IMG/VR virus record: IMGVR_UViG_3300029309_000054
Coordinates: 1 to 55,264 of that record
Reading direction: 5' to 3' (one strand)
DNA: 55,264 nucleotides
DNA from: a virus
Lineage: Duplodnaviria; Caudoviricetes
In this document: positions 21,455-29,714 of the stretch, in pieces
Numbering within the stretch: position 1 is the stretch's first letter
How the letters are laid out: each line of letters opens with the position of its first letter
Made by a program: the position numbers and the translations under genes
Notes under the pieces: model-generated
Databases searched by the model: none
What the model saw: only the letters and a program-made list of their open reading frames with translations
Told to the model about the DNA's origin: nothing

Positions 21455-23009
21455 AATATTTCGCATCTACGGTCCGCCCGGCACCGGTAAGACTACCGCG
21501 CTGCTCAACAAAGTGGACGAAGCTCTTAGTAACGGCGTAGATCCTGCACATATCGGTTACTTTGCCTTCACTCGTCAAGCCGCTAACGAGGCGGTTGAAC
21601 GCGCCTGTAAACGCTTCAACCTTGAGCCCACGCAACTGCCGTGGTTCCGCACATTGCACAGCTTCGCTCTGCGCCTGTCGGGCATCCGCCAAGAACAGGT
21701 GATGCAGACAGAGCACTACAAAGAGCTGGGCCACGCTATCGGGTTTGACCTGACTGCTGGCGGACAGGGCATGAGTGAAGACGATGCTTTCGACCTGACC
21801 AAGAATGACAACCCGGTCATCAGCCTCATCAACCTAGCCCGCCTTCGCAAGGTCACCCTGCGTGAAGAATATGACGAAAGCGGCATGGGCATGGATTGGA
21901 ACCGGGTTAAGTACATTGCCGACAGCCTGACCGAATACAAAAACCGGTTTCAGCTTTACGATTTCACGGACATGTTAGAGGTGTTTGTGCGTGAAGGCGC
22001 GGAGTTCTGCCCTCGTCTTGCAATCACATTTATCGACGAGGCGCAGGACTTATCGCCATTGCAGTGGGACGTAGCTCACATACTTGAGCAGAGCTCCGAG
22101 CGCATCTACTGCGCTGGAGATGACGACCAAGCGATCTACCGTTGGGCCGGTGCAGATGTAGAACACTTCATCAACCTGAACGGCGGCTATGAGGTGCTTG
22201 AGCAATCGCACCGCGTTCCTGCTTCCGTGCACCCGCTAGCTGAGCGCGTAGCCAAACGGATCAAACGCCGCGTACCAAAGACCTACCTGCCTCGTAAGGA
22301 CCCGGGGCTGGTGGAGCGCGTACCTGACGTAGGTTATCTGGATTTTAATGAGGGATCGTGGCTCGTGCTGGCGCAAGCCGGTTACTTCCTAGCACCCGTG
22401 ACCCAAGAACTCAAAAGCCGAGGCATCCTCTACAGCTATCGCGGACGGAGGTCCATTTCCGAGAGACTGAGTGATGCCATCAATGGCTGGGAGCAAATGA
22501 GAAAGGGTCACCGAATAACCGGTGCAGCCGCACGAGCCGTCTATAGTTATATGTCTGTCGGTGAGCGGGTCAAGCGCGGATTCAAAAAACTACCCGGACT
22601 CGATGACGACGAGACCGTGTCACTCGATGAGCTGATCGCGCATCACGGCCTTATGGAACTGGTGCACATCATGGGCACCCCTCGCATCGAGGAAAACATC
22701 CGGGACTGCATCTGGCACGAAGCTATGGACAAGCTGCCCAGTGCCGACCGTGCGTATATCACGGCACTACTGCGTCGGGGTGAAAAGTTCAATGCCGTGC
22801 CCCGGATAGAACTGTCCACGATTCACGGCTCCAAGGGTGGTGAGGCCGACAATGTCGTCTTGTTTACCGATCTATCGCCCGCAGCAGCACGAGCCGCTGA
22901 GCAGGCTCCGGATGATCTGCACCGGGTGTTTTATGTGGGCGTCACACGCACCAAAGAGAACCTGTATCTAGTAGACCCCGAGGATGACAACAGGAGCTAT
23001 TTGATATGA
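21441..23009 (+). CDS. UvrD/Rep-like SF1 helicase
   Basis: GPPGTGKT, IDEAQD, GDDDQAIY, STIHGSKGGEAD and YVGVTR motifs. Confidence 0.93.
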   Translation: MEKNKIFRIYGPPGTGKTTALLNKVDEALSNGVDPAHIGYFAFTRQAANEAVERACKRFNLEPTQLPWFRTLHSFALRLSGIRQEQVMQTEHYKELGHAIGFDLTAGGQGMSEDDAFDLTKNDNPVISLINLARLRKVTLREEYDESGMGMDWNRVKYIADSLTEYKNRFQLYDFTDMLEVFVREGAEFCPRLAITFIDEAQDLSPLQWDVAHILEQSSERIYCAGDDDQAIYRWAGADVEHFINLNGGYEVLEQSHRVPASVHPLAERVAKRIKRRVPKTYLPRKDPGLVERVPDVGYLDFNEGSWLVLAQAGYFLAPVTQELKSRGILYSYRGRRSISERLSDAINGWEQMRKGHRITGAAARAVYSYMSVGERVKRGFKKLPGLDDDETVSLDELIAHHGLMELVHIMGTPRIEENIRDCIWHEAMDKLPSADRAYITALLRRGEKFNAVPRIELSTIHGSKGGEADNVVLFTDLSPAAARAAEQAPDDLHRVFYVGVTRTKENLYLVDPEDDNRSYLI

Positions 23010-23137
23010 GCCTCTTATTTCATTTTACATATGAGTGCGTTTGCGGAAACGTCTGGAAATGCTGGAACGTCCGATATGCAAAAGACGAGTGCCAGAAATG
23101 TAGACGACATGTCAGCCCGAAGGACAAGGTCCAATGA
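23006..23137 (+). CDS. Small Zn-ribbon protein, 43 aa (not in ORF track)
   Basis: CxC...CxxC; ATGA overlaps at both ends. Confidence 0.6.
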   Translation: MSLLFHFTYECVCGNVWKCWNVRYAKDECQKCRRHVSPKDKVQ

Positions 23138-23424
23138 ACCGCAAAGAGATACTTGAGAAGGCAGAGAGCTTGGTCAACGGCCCTCGGGCCCAAGACTACG
23201 GTGATGCCTACGACAACCATGAGCGCATAGCCCAGATGTGGTCTGTTCTGCTCGACACCGACGTAAGTGTCTCACAAGTCTACCAATGTATGGTTGCGGT
23301 CAAGCTGGCAAGGCTTATAGTGACGCCAGACCACGAAGATAGCTGGATAGATATCTGCGGCTATGGCGCACTAGGAGGAGAAGGCAATGGCCTTACAGAT
23401 GGCGATGTTCGCACCAAAGAGTGA
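23134..23424 (+). CDS. DUF6378-like protein
   Basis: RAQDYGDA...RIAQMWS...KLAR...HEDSWIDICGY motif. Confidence 0.75.
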   Translation: MNRKEILEKAESLVNGPRAQDYGDAYDNHERIAQMWSVLLDTDVSVSQVYQCMVAVKLARLIVTPDHEDSWIDICGYGALGGEGNGLTDGDVRTKE

Positions 23425-25279
23425 GTGGGTTCCGCCCGCTGAGCTGCCAGACATCTTCGACGCCAAGCAGATCGCTATCGACGTTGAGACCAGAGACCCC
23501 AACATCAAGTCCAACGGCCCCGGCTGGCCGACAGGTGACGGTGAGGTGGTGGGCTATGCCGTAGCAGTTGACGGCTGGTCTGGCTACATACCTATCCGCC
23601 ACCTTGGCGGCGGCAACCTCGACGAGCGCATCGTCAACAAATGGCTCAAGAAAGTATTCGAGTGCCCCGCCGACAAGATCATGCACAACGCCCAGTACGA
23701 CGCGGGCTGGATCAAACAGATGGGCTTTACCATCAACGGGCGCATCATCGACACCATGCTGATCGCATCCTTGCTGGACGAGAACCGGTTCAGCTACAGT
23801 CTCAATGCTCTGTCCTACGACCTGCTGGGTGAGGTAAAGCAGGAGCGCACACTACAGGACGCGGCCCGCGAGTTTGGTCTCGATCCAAAAGCTGAGATGT
23901 GGAAGATGCCCGCTATGTATGTCGGGCCCTACGCACAGGTAGATGCGGAGCTGACACTCAAGCTCTGGAACCACCTGTCCGCACAACTGACCCAAGAACA
24001 GCTTTGGCCGATTGCCAACCTTGAGCTCAAGCTCCTGCCGTGTCTGATAGACATGACATGGCGCGGCGTCCGTGTTGATCAAGATCGTGTCGAGCGCACC
24101 CGCAACCACCTGATCAAGGAAGAGAAGGCCACGCTTGCCAAGATCAAGCACGTAGCTGGTCAGGATGTAGAGCTCTGGGCCGCAGCATCGATTGCAAAAG
24201 CCTTCGATAAGCTTAGCATCCCTTACCCGCGCACCGAGAAGAACGCCCCGTCCTTCACCAAGTCGTTTCTGGCGGACCACCCGCATGAGCTCGCGCAACT
24301 AATCGTCCGGGCCCGCAACCTGAACAAGACCAGCGGCACCTTCATCAACACCATTATGAAGCACTGCCATGCAGACGGACGCATCCATGGTCACATCAAC
24401 CAGATCAGATCGGATGACGGCGGCACCGTTTCGGGCCGCATATCCATGTCCAACCCCAACTTGCAACAAATCCCGGCCCGCGATCCTGAGCTCGGCCCCA
24501 TGATACGCAGCCTGTTTCTGCCGGAAGAGGGTGAGCAGTGGGCGGCGATTGATTTCTCGCAGCAGGAACCACGGATCTTGGTTCATTATGCTTATGTGTA
24601 TGGCCGGTCCCGCGGCGCACAGATGGCAGGAGTCGAGGAGTTTGTTACCGCTTACCGCGAGGACCCAGACATGGACTTCCACACCATGGTGGCAGAGATG
24701 GCTAACATCCCGCGTAAGCAGGCCAAAACAATTAATCTGGGCATGATGTACGGCATGGGCGTCAACAAGCTGTCCGACCAGCTCGACATCGATGTAGATG
24801 AAGCCAAAGGACTAGTCGGCCAGTACCACGACCGCGTCCCGTTTGTTAAGGGACTAATGAACGGCGTGATGAACAGCCTCAACAGCCGGGGCTCAAGCGG
24901 CTCTGTCCGCTCCATACTGGGCCGCAAGTGCCGGTTTAATCTCTGGGAGCCCGCGACCTTTGCCATGCACAAGGCACTGCCGTACCAAGATGCGCTCAAA
25001 GAGTACGGTGAGACCACCCGGTTGAAGCGGGCATACACCTACAAAGCTTTGAACCGTCTCATCCAAGCGTCGGCTGCGGACATGACCAAGCAGGCCATGG
25101 TGAATATTTATGAACAGGGACGCCTGCCCTTGGTGCAAATCCACGATGAAATCGCCATGTCCGTGAAAAACCGTGAAGATGCAAATACTGTTGCTGAAAT
25201 TATGGAAAATGCTGTACCGTTGGAGGTGCCAAGTAAATGCGATGTTGAGATCGGCCCAAGCTGGGGCGAAGCAAGCTAA
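23387..25279 (+). CDS. polA: Family A DNA polymerase with 3'-5' exonuclease
   Basis: Exonuclease motifs DVET, HNAQYD, YAQVD; motif A DFSQQEPR; motif B KTINLGMMYG; motif C QIHDE. Confidence 0.96.
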   Translation: MALQMAMFAPKSEWVPPAELPDIFDAKQIAIDVETRDPNIKSNGPGWPTGDGEVVGYAVAVDGWSGYIPIRHLGGGNLDERIVNKWLKKVFECPADKIMHNAQYDAGWIKQMGFTINGRIIDTMLIASLLDENRFSYSLNALSYDLLGEVKQERTLQDAAREFGLDPKAEMWKMPAMYVGPYAQVDAELTLKLWNHLSAQLTQEQLWPIANLELKLLPCLIDMTWRGVRVDQDRVERTRNHLIKEEKATLAKIKHVAGQDVELWAAASIAKAFDKLSIPYPRTEKNAPSFTKSFLADHPHELAQLIVRARNLNKTSGTFINTIMKHCHADGRIHGHINQIRSDDGGTVSGRISMSNPNLQQIPARDPELGPMIRSLFLPEEGEQWAAIDFSQQEPRILVHYAYVYGRSRGAQMAGVEEFVTAYREDPDMDFHTMVAEMANIPRKQAKTINLGMMYGMGVNKLSDQLDIDVDEAKGLVGQYHDRVPFVKGLMNGVMNSLNSRGSSGSVRSILGRKCRFNLWEPATFAMHKALPYQDALKEYGETTRLKRAYTYKALNRLIQASAADMTKQAMVNIYEQGRLPLVQIHDEIAMSVKNREDANTVAEIMENAVPLEVPSKCDVEIGPSWGEAS

Positions 25280-25337
25280 GCTTTTTCATGGTTTTCCTCC
25301 CTAAACTGGCCCTGAGCTCCGCTTGGGGCCCTTTTTC
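25280..25337 (+). ncRNA. Candidate 3'-UTR sRNA with an anti-SD/anti-start-codon seed and terminator
   Basis: CTTTTTCATGGTTTTCCTCCCT is the reverse complement of AGGGAGGAAAACCATGAAAAAG; followed by a hairpin (25308-25330) and T-run. Confidence 0.4.
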
Positions 25338-25386
25338 TCTTGTATCTCTGCCACTTGTCCTATATATTCCCTTACAGGAGGTGTAA

Positions 25387-25527
25387 ATGGATACATCTAA
25401 ATGGAAATCTGTGCTCGTACCCATCGAGGTGTACGAACAGATTCGTAAGATAGCTCGCCAAGAAGGGCGGACCATTAGTGGTCAGCTCCGGATCATGTGG
25501 GATATCTACAAAAAACACACATCCTGA
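25387..25527 (+). CDS. Ribbon-helix-helix (Arc/CopG-like) regulator, 46 aa (not in ORF track)
   Basis: MDTSKWKSVLVPIEVYEQIRKIARQEGRTISGQLRIMW fits beta-alpha-alpha with a GRT turn; AGGAGGT RBS. Confidence 0.75.
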   Translation: MDTSKWKSVLVPIEVYEQIRKIARQEGRTISGQLRIMWDIYKKHTS

Positions 25528-25616
25528 CGGCTGAATAACGAGTGTCAATTCAGTTGACATCTTTTTTTAGCTATAGTATGGGATAACTTCTATCAACTCT
25601 TATACGGGAGATTTGA

Positions 25617-26021
25617 ATGTCTTATCTAAAACATCTTTTCGAGGCCATCGACCAAATGGCAAGCGAATTTGGGGACACGCCGCCAACCAGTGTCAAAACT
25701 GTCACCGCTCTGTCCGTGCTTTGTCAGATTGATATCGAAAAACTTGAGGCTAAGAAGACCCTTGGTGAGCACAAGCCGCTTATGCAAAACCCCGAAGAAA
25801 TGGCGAAAGCTCTTGAGCCCGTCATGCGGGTCAAAGGAAATGTGGTGAAAAAAAGGAGATGGAAGCGGAAATATTGCTTATACTCAGGGGAGCGCCTGAC
25901 TGGGAAGCAGCGCAAGTTTGCTTCTCGGAAATATGCTCAAGCTTACTGGAAGGAGCACAACCGGGACAAGGTGAACGCTTACCAGAAGAAGTGGCAACAA
26001 AAGAAGAAGAAAGATGCTTGA
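25617..26021 (+). CDS. Hypothetical protein with basic C-terminus
   Basis: Own TTGACA promoter; ACGGGAG RBS. Confidence 0.65.
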   Translation: MSYLKHLFEAIDQMASEFGDTPPTSVKTVTALSVLCQIDIEKLEAKKTLGEHKPLMQNPEEMAKALEPVMRVKGNVVKKRRWKRKYCLYSGERLTGKQRKFASRKYAQAYWKEHNRDKVNAYQKKWQQKKKKDA

Positions 26022-26442
26022 TGCAGCTTTAGTCTGTCTCGCTACGGCGGTCTACTTTGAGTCCAGAGGCGAACCTTTCGTCGGACAGTCCGCCGTAGCC
26101 CACGTTGTGTTGAACCGGGTGAACGACACTCGGTTCCCCGACGACGTTTGCTCCGTCGTTAAACAGGGCCCCACCTACTCTTGGAAACCTGATTTCCCTA
26201 TTCGTAACATGTGCCAATTCAGTTACTATTGTGACGGCAAGTCTGACATGCCAACCGAAGAAGAAGCATGGCAGTCCGCGGTCCTCGCGGCTTTTGGAGC
26301 TATGACTGAACGCACTTATGACCCCACCGACGGCGCAACTCACTATCATGCTGATTATGTCCAGCCAGAATGGGCCGCAGTCAAATACAAAACTGTTCGC
26401 ATCAACGATCATATTTTTTACAAATGGGAGGGCAACCGATGA
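26014..26442 (+). CDS. Cell-wall hydrolase, SleB/Hydrolase_2 family
   Basis: CLATAVYFESRGE, VAHVVLNRV, CQFS, GATHYHADYV and HIFY motifs. Confidence 0.92.
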   Translation: MLDAALVCLATAVYFESRGEPFVGQSAVAHVVLNRVNDTRFPDDVCSVVKQGPTYSWKPDFPIRNMCQFSYYCDGKSDMPTEEEAWQSAVLAAFGAMTERTYDPTDGATHYHADYVQPEWAAVKYKTVRINDHIFYKWEGNR

Positions 26443-26597
26443 AGTGCCCAGAATGTGGCGGCGAAGGCGAATGTGAATACGAGGTAGAAGTCCCCGCGCC
26501 TATGGCGTGGAGCGGCGGCTGGCTCGAAGGACGCATCATGGAATGTCAACTATGTGAAGGAACAGGAGAAGTCGATGATTGTGAGGACGAAGAATAG
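26439..26597 (+). CDS. Small DnaJ-type zinc-finger protein
   Basis: CPECGGEG and CQLCEGTG (CxxCxGxG). Confidence 0.7.
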   Translation: MKCPECGGEGECEYEVEVPAPMAWSGGWLEGRIMECQLCEGTGEVDDCEDEE

Positions 26598-26766
26598 AGA
26601 GCTCCAGTATCCCACCATCGGGGATCCGGGCATGATTCAAAAACGTCTGGACGCGGGCCGTTGCCCAAAGTGCGACACGCAACTCACAGAGCCCACGCGC
26701 TGCGGCTCTTGCAAGCTTCAACTTCCCGGAAATTTAACTCCTAAAAAGTCCTTGTCTTTCCCATAA
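26575..26766 (+). CDS. Small Zn-finger protein
   Basis: CPKC...CGSC; AGGAG RBS. Confidence 0.6.
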   Translation: MIVRTKNRELQYPTIGDPGMIQKRLDAGRCPKCDTQLTEPTRCGSCKLQLPGNLTPKKSLSFP

Positions 26767-26784
26767 GTTCGCGTATATTAAGAG

Positions 26785-26830
26785 CGTTCCCGTAGTTGGG
26801 CCCCGGAGAGAAATCTCCGGGGCTTTTTTT
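26785..26830 (+). ncRNA. Candidate ~45-nt antisense sRNA with anti-RBS seed GUUCCCGUAGUUGG
   Basis: Promoter TTGTCT(26752)-N16-TATATT(26774); no ORF; perfect 10-bp terminator hairpin 26800-26823 plus T7; seed complementary to several phage RBS regions. Confidence 0.6.
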
Positions 26831-26833
26831 GTG

Positions 26834-26861
26834 TTGACTATGTATAGGATAAGTCTTATAT
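26834..26861 (+). promoter_or_regulatory. Sigma70-like promoter with operator-like box (copy 1)
   Basis: TTGACTATGTATAGGATAAGTCTTATAT; 25/28 identical to 27885-27912. Confidence 0.7.
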
Positions 26862-26886
26862 GTGGGCTGAACCACGGGAGTTTCTC

Positions 26887-27888
26887 ATGCTCATCTATTT
26901 AGCCACCAATAAGATTAACGGTATGCAATATGTCGGAGCCACGACTCGGAGCTCACTTGCACCCAGAGTGCGGGAACACTTTAAGTTTGCGGAAAGAAAA
27001 ACCAGAGCACGGGGATCGTTAGCAAACGCCATACGAAAGTACGGCCAAAAAAATATTTCTTTTGAAGTGTTAGAGCGCGTAACCGATATCAATGTTTTAG
27101 GCGAATGCGAGAAGAGGTGGATTGACAACCTAAATACGATGTACCCAAACGGGTATAACATTAAGACAGGGGGTATGCCTAAAGAGATGCCTCATGTCAG
27201 CCGAAACAAAAGCTACACCGTTGAAGGTGTGCAATATGACAGCTTAATGTCTTTAGCGGATGCTTATGACATGTGCCATTACAAACTTAGGCATCGTCTG
27301 TTGCGCTCTTCTATCAAATGGTCTGTAGAACAGGCGTTGGATCTAGCCCCGCCTCCAAAAAGCGACCCCGTAAAATACTGCAAACCTTTAGAGGTAGACG
27401 GGCATACCTTTCGTTCAAAGGCCGCCGCCGCTCGACATTATGGTGTTCCGGTAAGAGTTTTTAGAGCAAGACTTGGTAAGGGCTGGCCGTTAAAAGAGGC
27501 TCTGGGCATAAAAGAACGACCAAACCAGTGTAAAACGGGGACTACTAATAAAAAACGGCCTCTCAGAAAAACGCGGATCACGGTTCAAGGCACTGAGTAT
27601 TATAGCGTAGCTCATGCCGCAGAAACTTTAGGAACAAAAGCTGGTCTTGTAACTCAACGACTCAAGCGAGGATGGACAAAAGAACAAGCTTTTGGTTTAG
27701 CCCCGCCGCCGGTTATCAAAAAGAGGGGAATGGAGTTTCTTGGATATTCTTCCATAACAGCCGCGGCAAAAGAAAATAACATCAACACCACCACGCTTTT
27801 TCAAAGGTTGAATAACGGCTGGTCGCCGGAAGATGCGCTGTACACACCAATAACTCCAAATGACGGAAGCAGGCGTTGGACTGCTTGA
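26887..27888 (+). CDS. GIY-YIG homing endonuclease with repeated C-terminal DNA-binding modules
   Basis: LIYLATNKINGMQYVG, conserved R, E and GYN; repeated S(l/k)AAAA...RLxxGWxxExA modules. Confidence 0.88.
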   Translation: MLIYLATNKINGMQYVGATTRSSLAPRVREHFKFAERKTRARGSLANAIRKYGQKNISFEVLERVTDINVLGECEKRWIDNLNTMYPNGYNIKTGGMPKEMPHVSRNKSYTVEGVQYDSLMSLADAYDMCHYKLRHRLLRSSIKWSVEQALDLAPPPKSDPVKYCKPLEVDGHTFRSKAAAARHYGVPVRVFRARLGKGWPLKEALGIKERPNQCKTGTTNKKRPLRKTRITVQGTEYYSVAHAAETLGTKAGLVTQRLKRGWTKEQAFGLAPPPVIKKRGMEFLGYSSITAAAKENNINTTTLFQRLNNGWSPEDALYTPITPNDGSRRWTA

Positions 27889-27912
27889 CTATGTATGCGA
27901 CAAGTCTTATAT
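27885..27912 (+). promoter_or_regulatory. Sigma70-like promoter with operator-like box (copy 2)
   Basis: TTGACTATGTATGCGACAAGTCTTATAT. Confidence 0.7.
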
Positions 27913-27939
27913 ACAGGTTAACCAACTAGGGAGAACCAA

Positions 27940-28260
27940 ATGACAAAAACCTTTGAATTGCCCCCTATCGCCGTCGATCTGGTGAACCGGGTAAGCGGCA
28001 TTTCCAGCATCGTCGGCGACGTTACCGCCATTGGGGGCGATGCGCGGATCATGGCTTGGGCAGGAAAGAGTGACTATTGGCTGTGGCTTGTGTTGGACGA
28101 CGAAAAGCAGTTTCGTGTCCTAATCGATGTCGAGGAAGCGCCGGATGATAAGCTGTATAATATCGTCGGCTATTGCAACTTTCACAATATCCAACACGAG
28201 TTTGCTGGGGAAGACCACCGAGATGAGCTCGGTGTGATTGGGAGAGACTACGATGCGTAA
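27940..28260 (+). CDS. Hypothetical protein
   Basis: AGGGAG RBS downstream of the promoter. Confidence 0.7.
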   Translation: MTKTFELPPIAVDLVNRVSGISSIVGDVTAIGGDARIMAWAGKSDYWLWLVLDDEKQFRVLIDVEEAPDDKLYNIVGYCNFHNIQHEFAGEDHRDELGVIGRDYDA

Positions 28261-28438
28261 GAAAGAAGAGCTGTTCGATATCGTCAACGGCATGGAGTAT
28301 ACTGATGCCGTGGCCGCAGTCTCCAGCGCGATCAACGCGCAAACGTCCACCATTGCAGCCAAGGGTGATTATAGCCGTGAGGCCGTCGAAGCAGCAGAAA
28401 AGCTGCTTGCGGCGTGGTTGAGGGTACAACGCGGATGA
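28253..28438 (+). CDS. Hypothetical protein
   Basis: GGGAG RBS; overlaps neighbours in an operon-like manner. Confidence 0.65.
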   Translation: MRKKEELFDIVNGMEYTDAVAAVSSAINAQTSTIAAKGDYSREAVEAAEKLLAAWLRVQRG

Positions 28439-28686
28439 GCGACGACGACGATCTCGAAAAGCAGTTTGATTATGCAGGCAACGAAATGAACGCCCTGCTG
28501 GATCAACTGGAAACAGAAGGGTTTGATACCGGCGCGGTACTGGGCGGGACCTTAACGGCTCTCCTGTTCCGGCTCGTGGTCCAGAGCCCTAACGGCAGCA
28601 CCGCCATCGGCATGCTGTCTTCAGCTATGCACCAAGCAGCAACCATCGCTCGTGCATATGATGAGGAAGAGGAGACCAAGCATTGA
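28435..28686 (+). CDS. Hypothetical acidic protein
   Basis: ATGA coupling; GAGG RBS. Confidence 0.65.
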   Translation: MSDDDDLEKQFDYAGNEMNALLDQLETEGFDTGAVLGGTLTALLFRLVVQSPNGSTAIGMLSSAMHQAATIARAYDEEEETKH

Positions 28687-28844
28687 AAAAGTATCTGATC
28701 GAATATGTCTGGGAGCACAACCGCTTCCAATCCAGCATATGCAAAATCGTGGCATACGCATGGAGCGAAGATCATGTCCGCATGACCTTTGAGGCGCAGA
28801 AAATCCTGTCAATCGAGGAGCTGAGCAATGACAAAGCCCAGTGA
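28683..28844 (+). CDS. Hypothetical protein, 53 aa, TTG start (not in ORF track)
   Basis: MKKYLIEYVWEHNRF...; GAGGAG RBS; fills the gap between two genes. Confidence 0.5.
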   Translation: MKKYLIEYVWEHNRFQSSICKIVAYAWSEDHVRMTFEAQKILSIEELSNDKAQ

Positions 28845-29010
28845 CCACCAAGCAGCCGCCGCGCTGCTGAACCAAGCCATCCACGCCGTCAATGACCTGT
28901 GGCTGGAGGTTGAAGGCGAAGGCAAGCCCTTTCTGGATGAGGCAATCAGCAAGCTGCACGAAGCGCAGTCGCTGATGATGAAAGCAAGGCTGCGGGAGAA
29001 AGATAACTAA
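28828..29010 (+). CDS. Hypothetical protein
   Basis: GAGGAG RBS. Confidence 0.6.
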   Translation: MTKPSDHQAAAALLNQAIHAVNDLWLEVEGEGKPFLDEAISKLHEAQSLMMKARLREKDN

Positions 29011-29099
29011 TTCGCGGATATGAATACCGCGTTTCGTGAACCGGGGAAGTCCGATGATCTCCGCACCCGGGATCCGAAAAAAGGAGATCGAACAAACAA

Positions 29100-29134
29100 A
29101 AGGGCCAGATCAATGATCTGGCCCTTGGCTTTTT
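29100..29134. terminator. Probable bidirectional intrinsic terminator
   Basis: AAGGGCCAGATC-AAT-GATCTGGCCCTT between convergent genes. Confidence 0.7.
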
Positions 29135-29435
29135 AATCGTTAACTACAATCCTACCTTTGATCTTGATGCCTGTGTGAAATTCCTCGCGGTCATCGAACC
29201 ACTGGATACACTTAGCTATGATCGTGCTTTGTTTGGTTTTGTAGTTTCGACCAAAGGTAAGCAACGGGACGTCATAGTCGTAAAGCTGTTTCTCTACGTC
29301 TCCGCCGCCCACCTCGTAGAAGACTAAACCGCTATCGAACGGTCCCTCCCCCAAGATGAACGACCTTCCGGTCACGTCACATTTGAAGCTGGCACTAAAG
29401 TACCCGTCAATTTGTATATCCAAGTTAAGAGACAT
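29133..29435 (-). CDS. Hypothetical protein (inverted cassette)
   Basis: Leader CAACTAAGGGAAAGGAAAACA-ATG; operator-like box upstream on the minus strand. Confidence 0.65.
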   Translation of the reverse strand: MSLNLDIQIDGYFSASFKCDVTGRSFILGEGPFDSGLVFYEVGGGDVEKQLYDYDVPLLTFGRNYKTKQSTIIAKCIQWFDDREEFHTGIKIKGRIVVND

Positions 29436-29635
29436 TGTTTTCCTTTCCCTTAGTTGTGAAGGTATAGCTTTACCTTACATAAGAGTATATCATATAATCC
29501 CATACATGTACATGTGACATAGTGTCGCACCTAAAGTGTCAAATTATTGACGCATATTGTCGCATACGGTATAGGATAAGTCGCATATGGGATACAGGTT
29601 ATAACCCATTGATTTAAAATAAAAAGATAAGAAGA

Positions 29636-29675
29636 GCGGCAAGTCGAGCCGCCGACGCTGTTTGACATAGTGAAT
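29636..29675 (+). promoter_or_regulatory. boxB/boxA-like antitermination element
   Basis: Hairpin GCGGC-AAGTCGA-GCCGC followed by GCTGTTTGACA, similar to rrn boxA GCTCTTTAACA. Confidence 0.45.
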
Positions 29676-29714
29676 AGAAGAACGGGAACTTCAACCAACA
29701 CGGGAGGGCTAACC

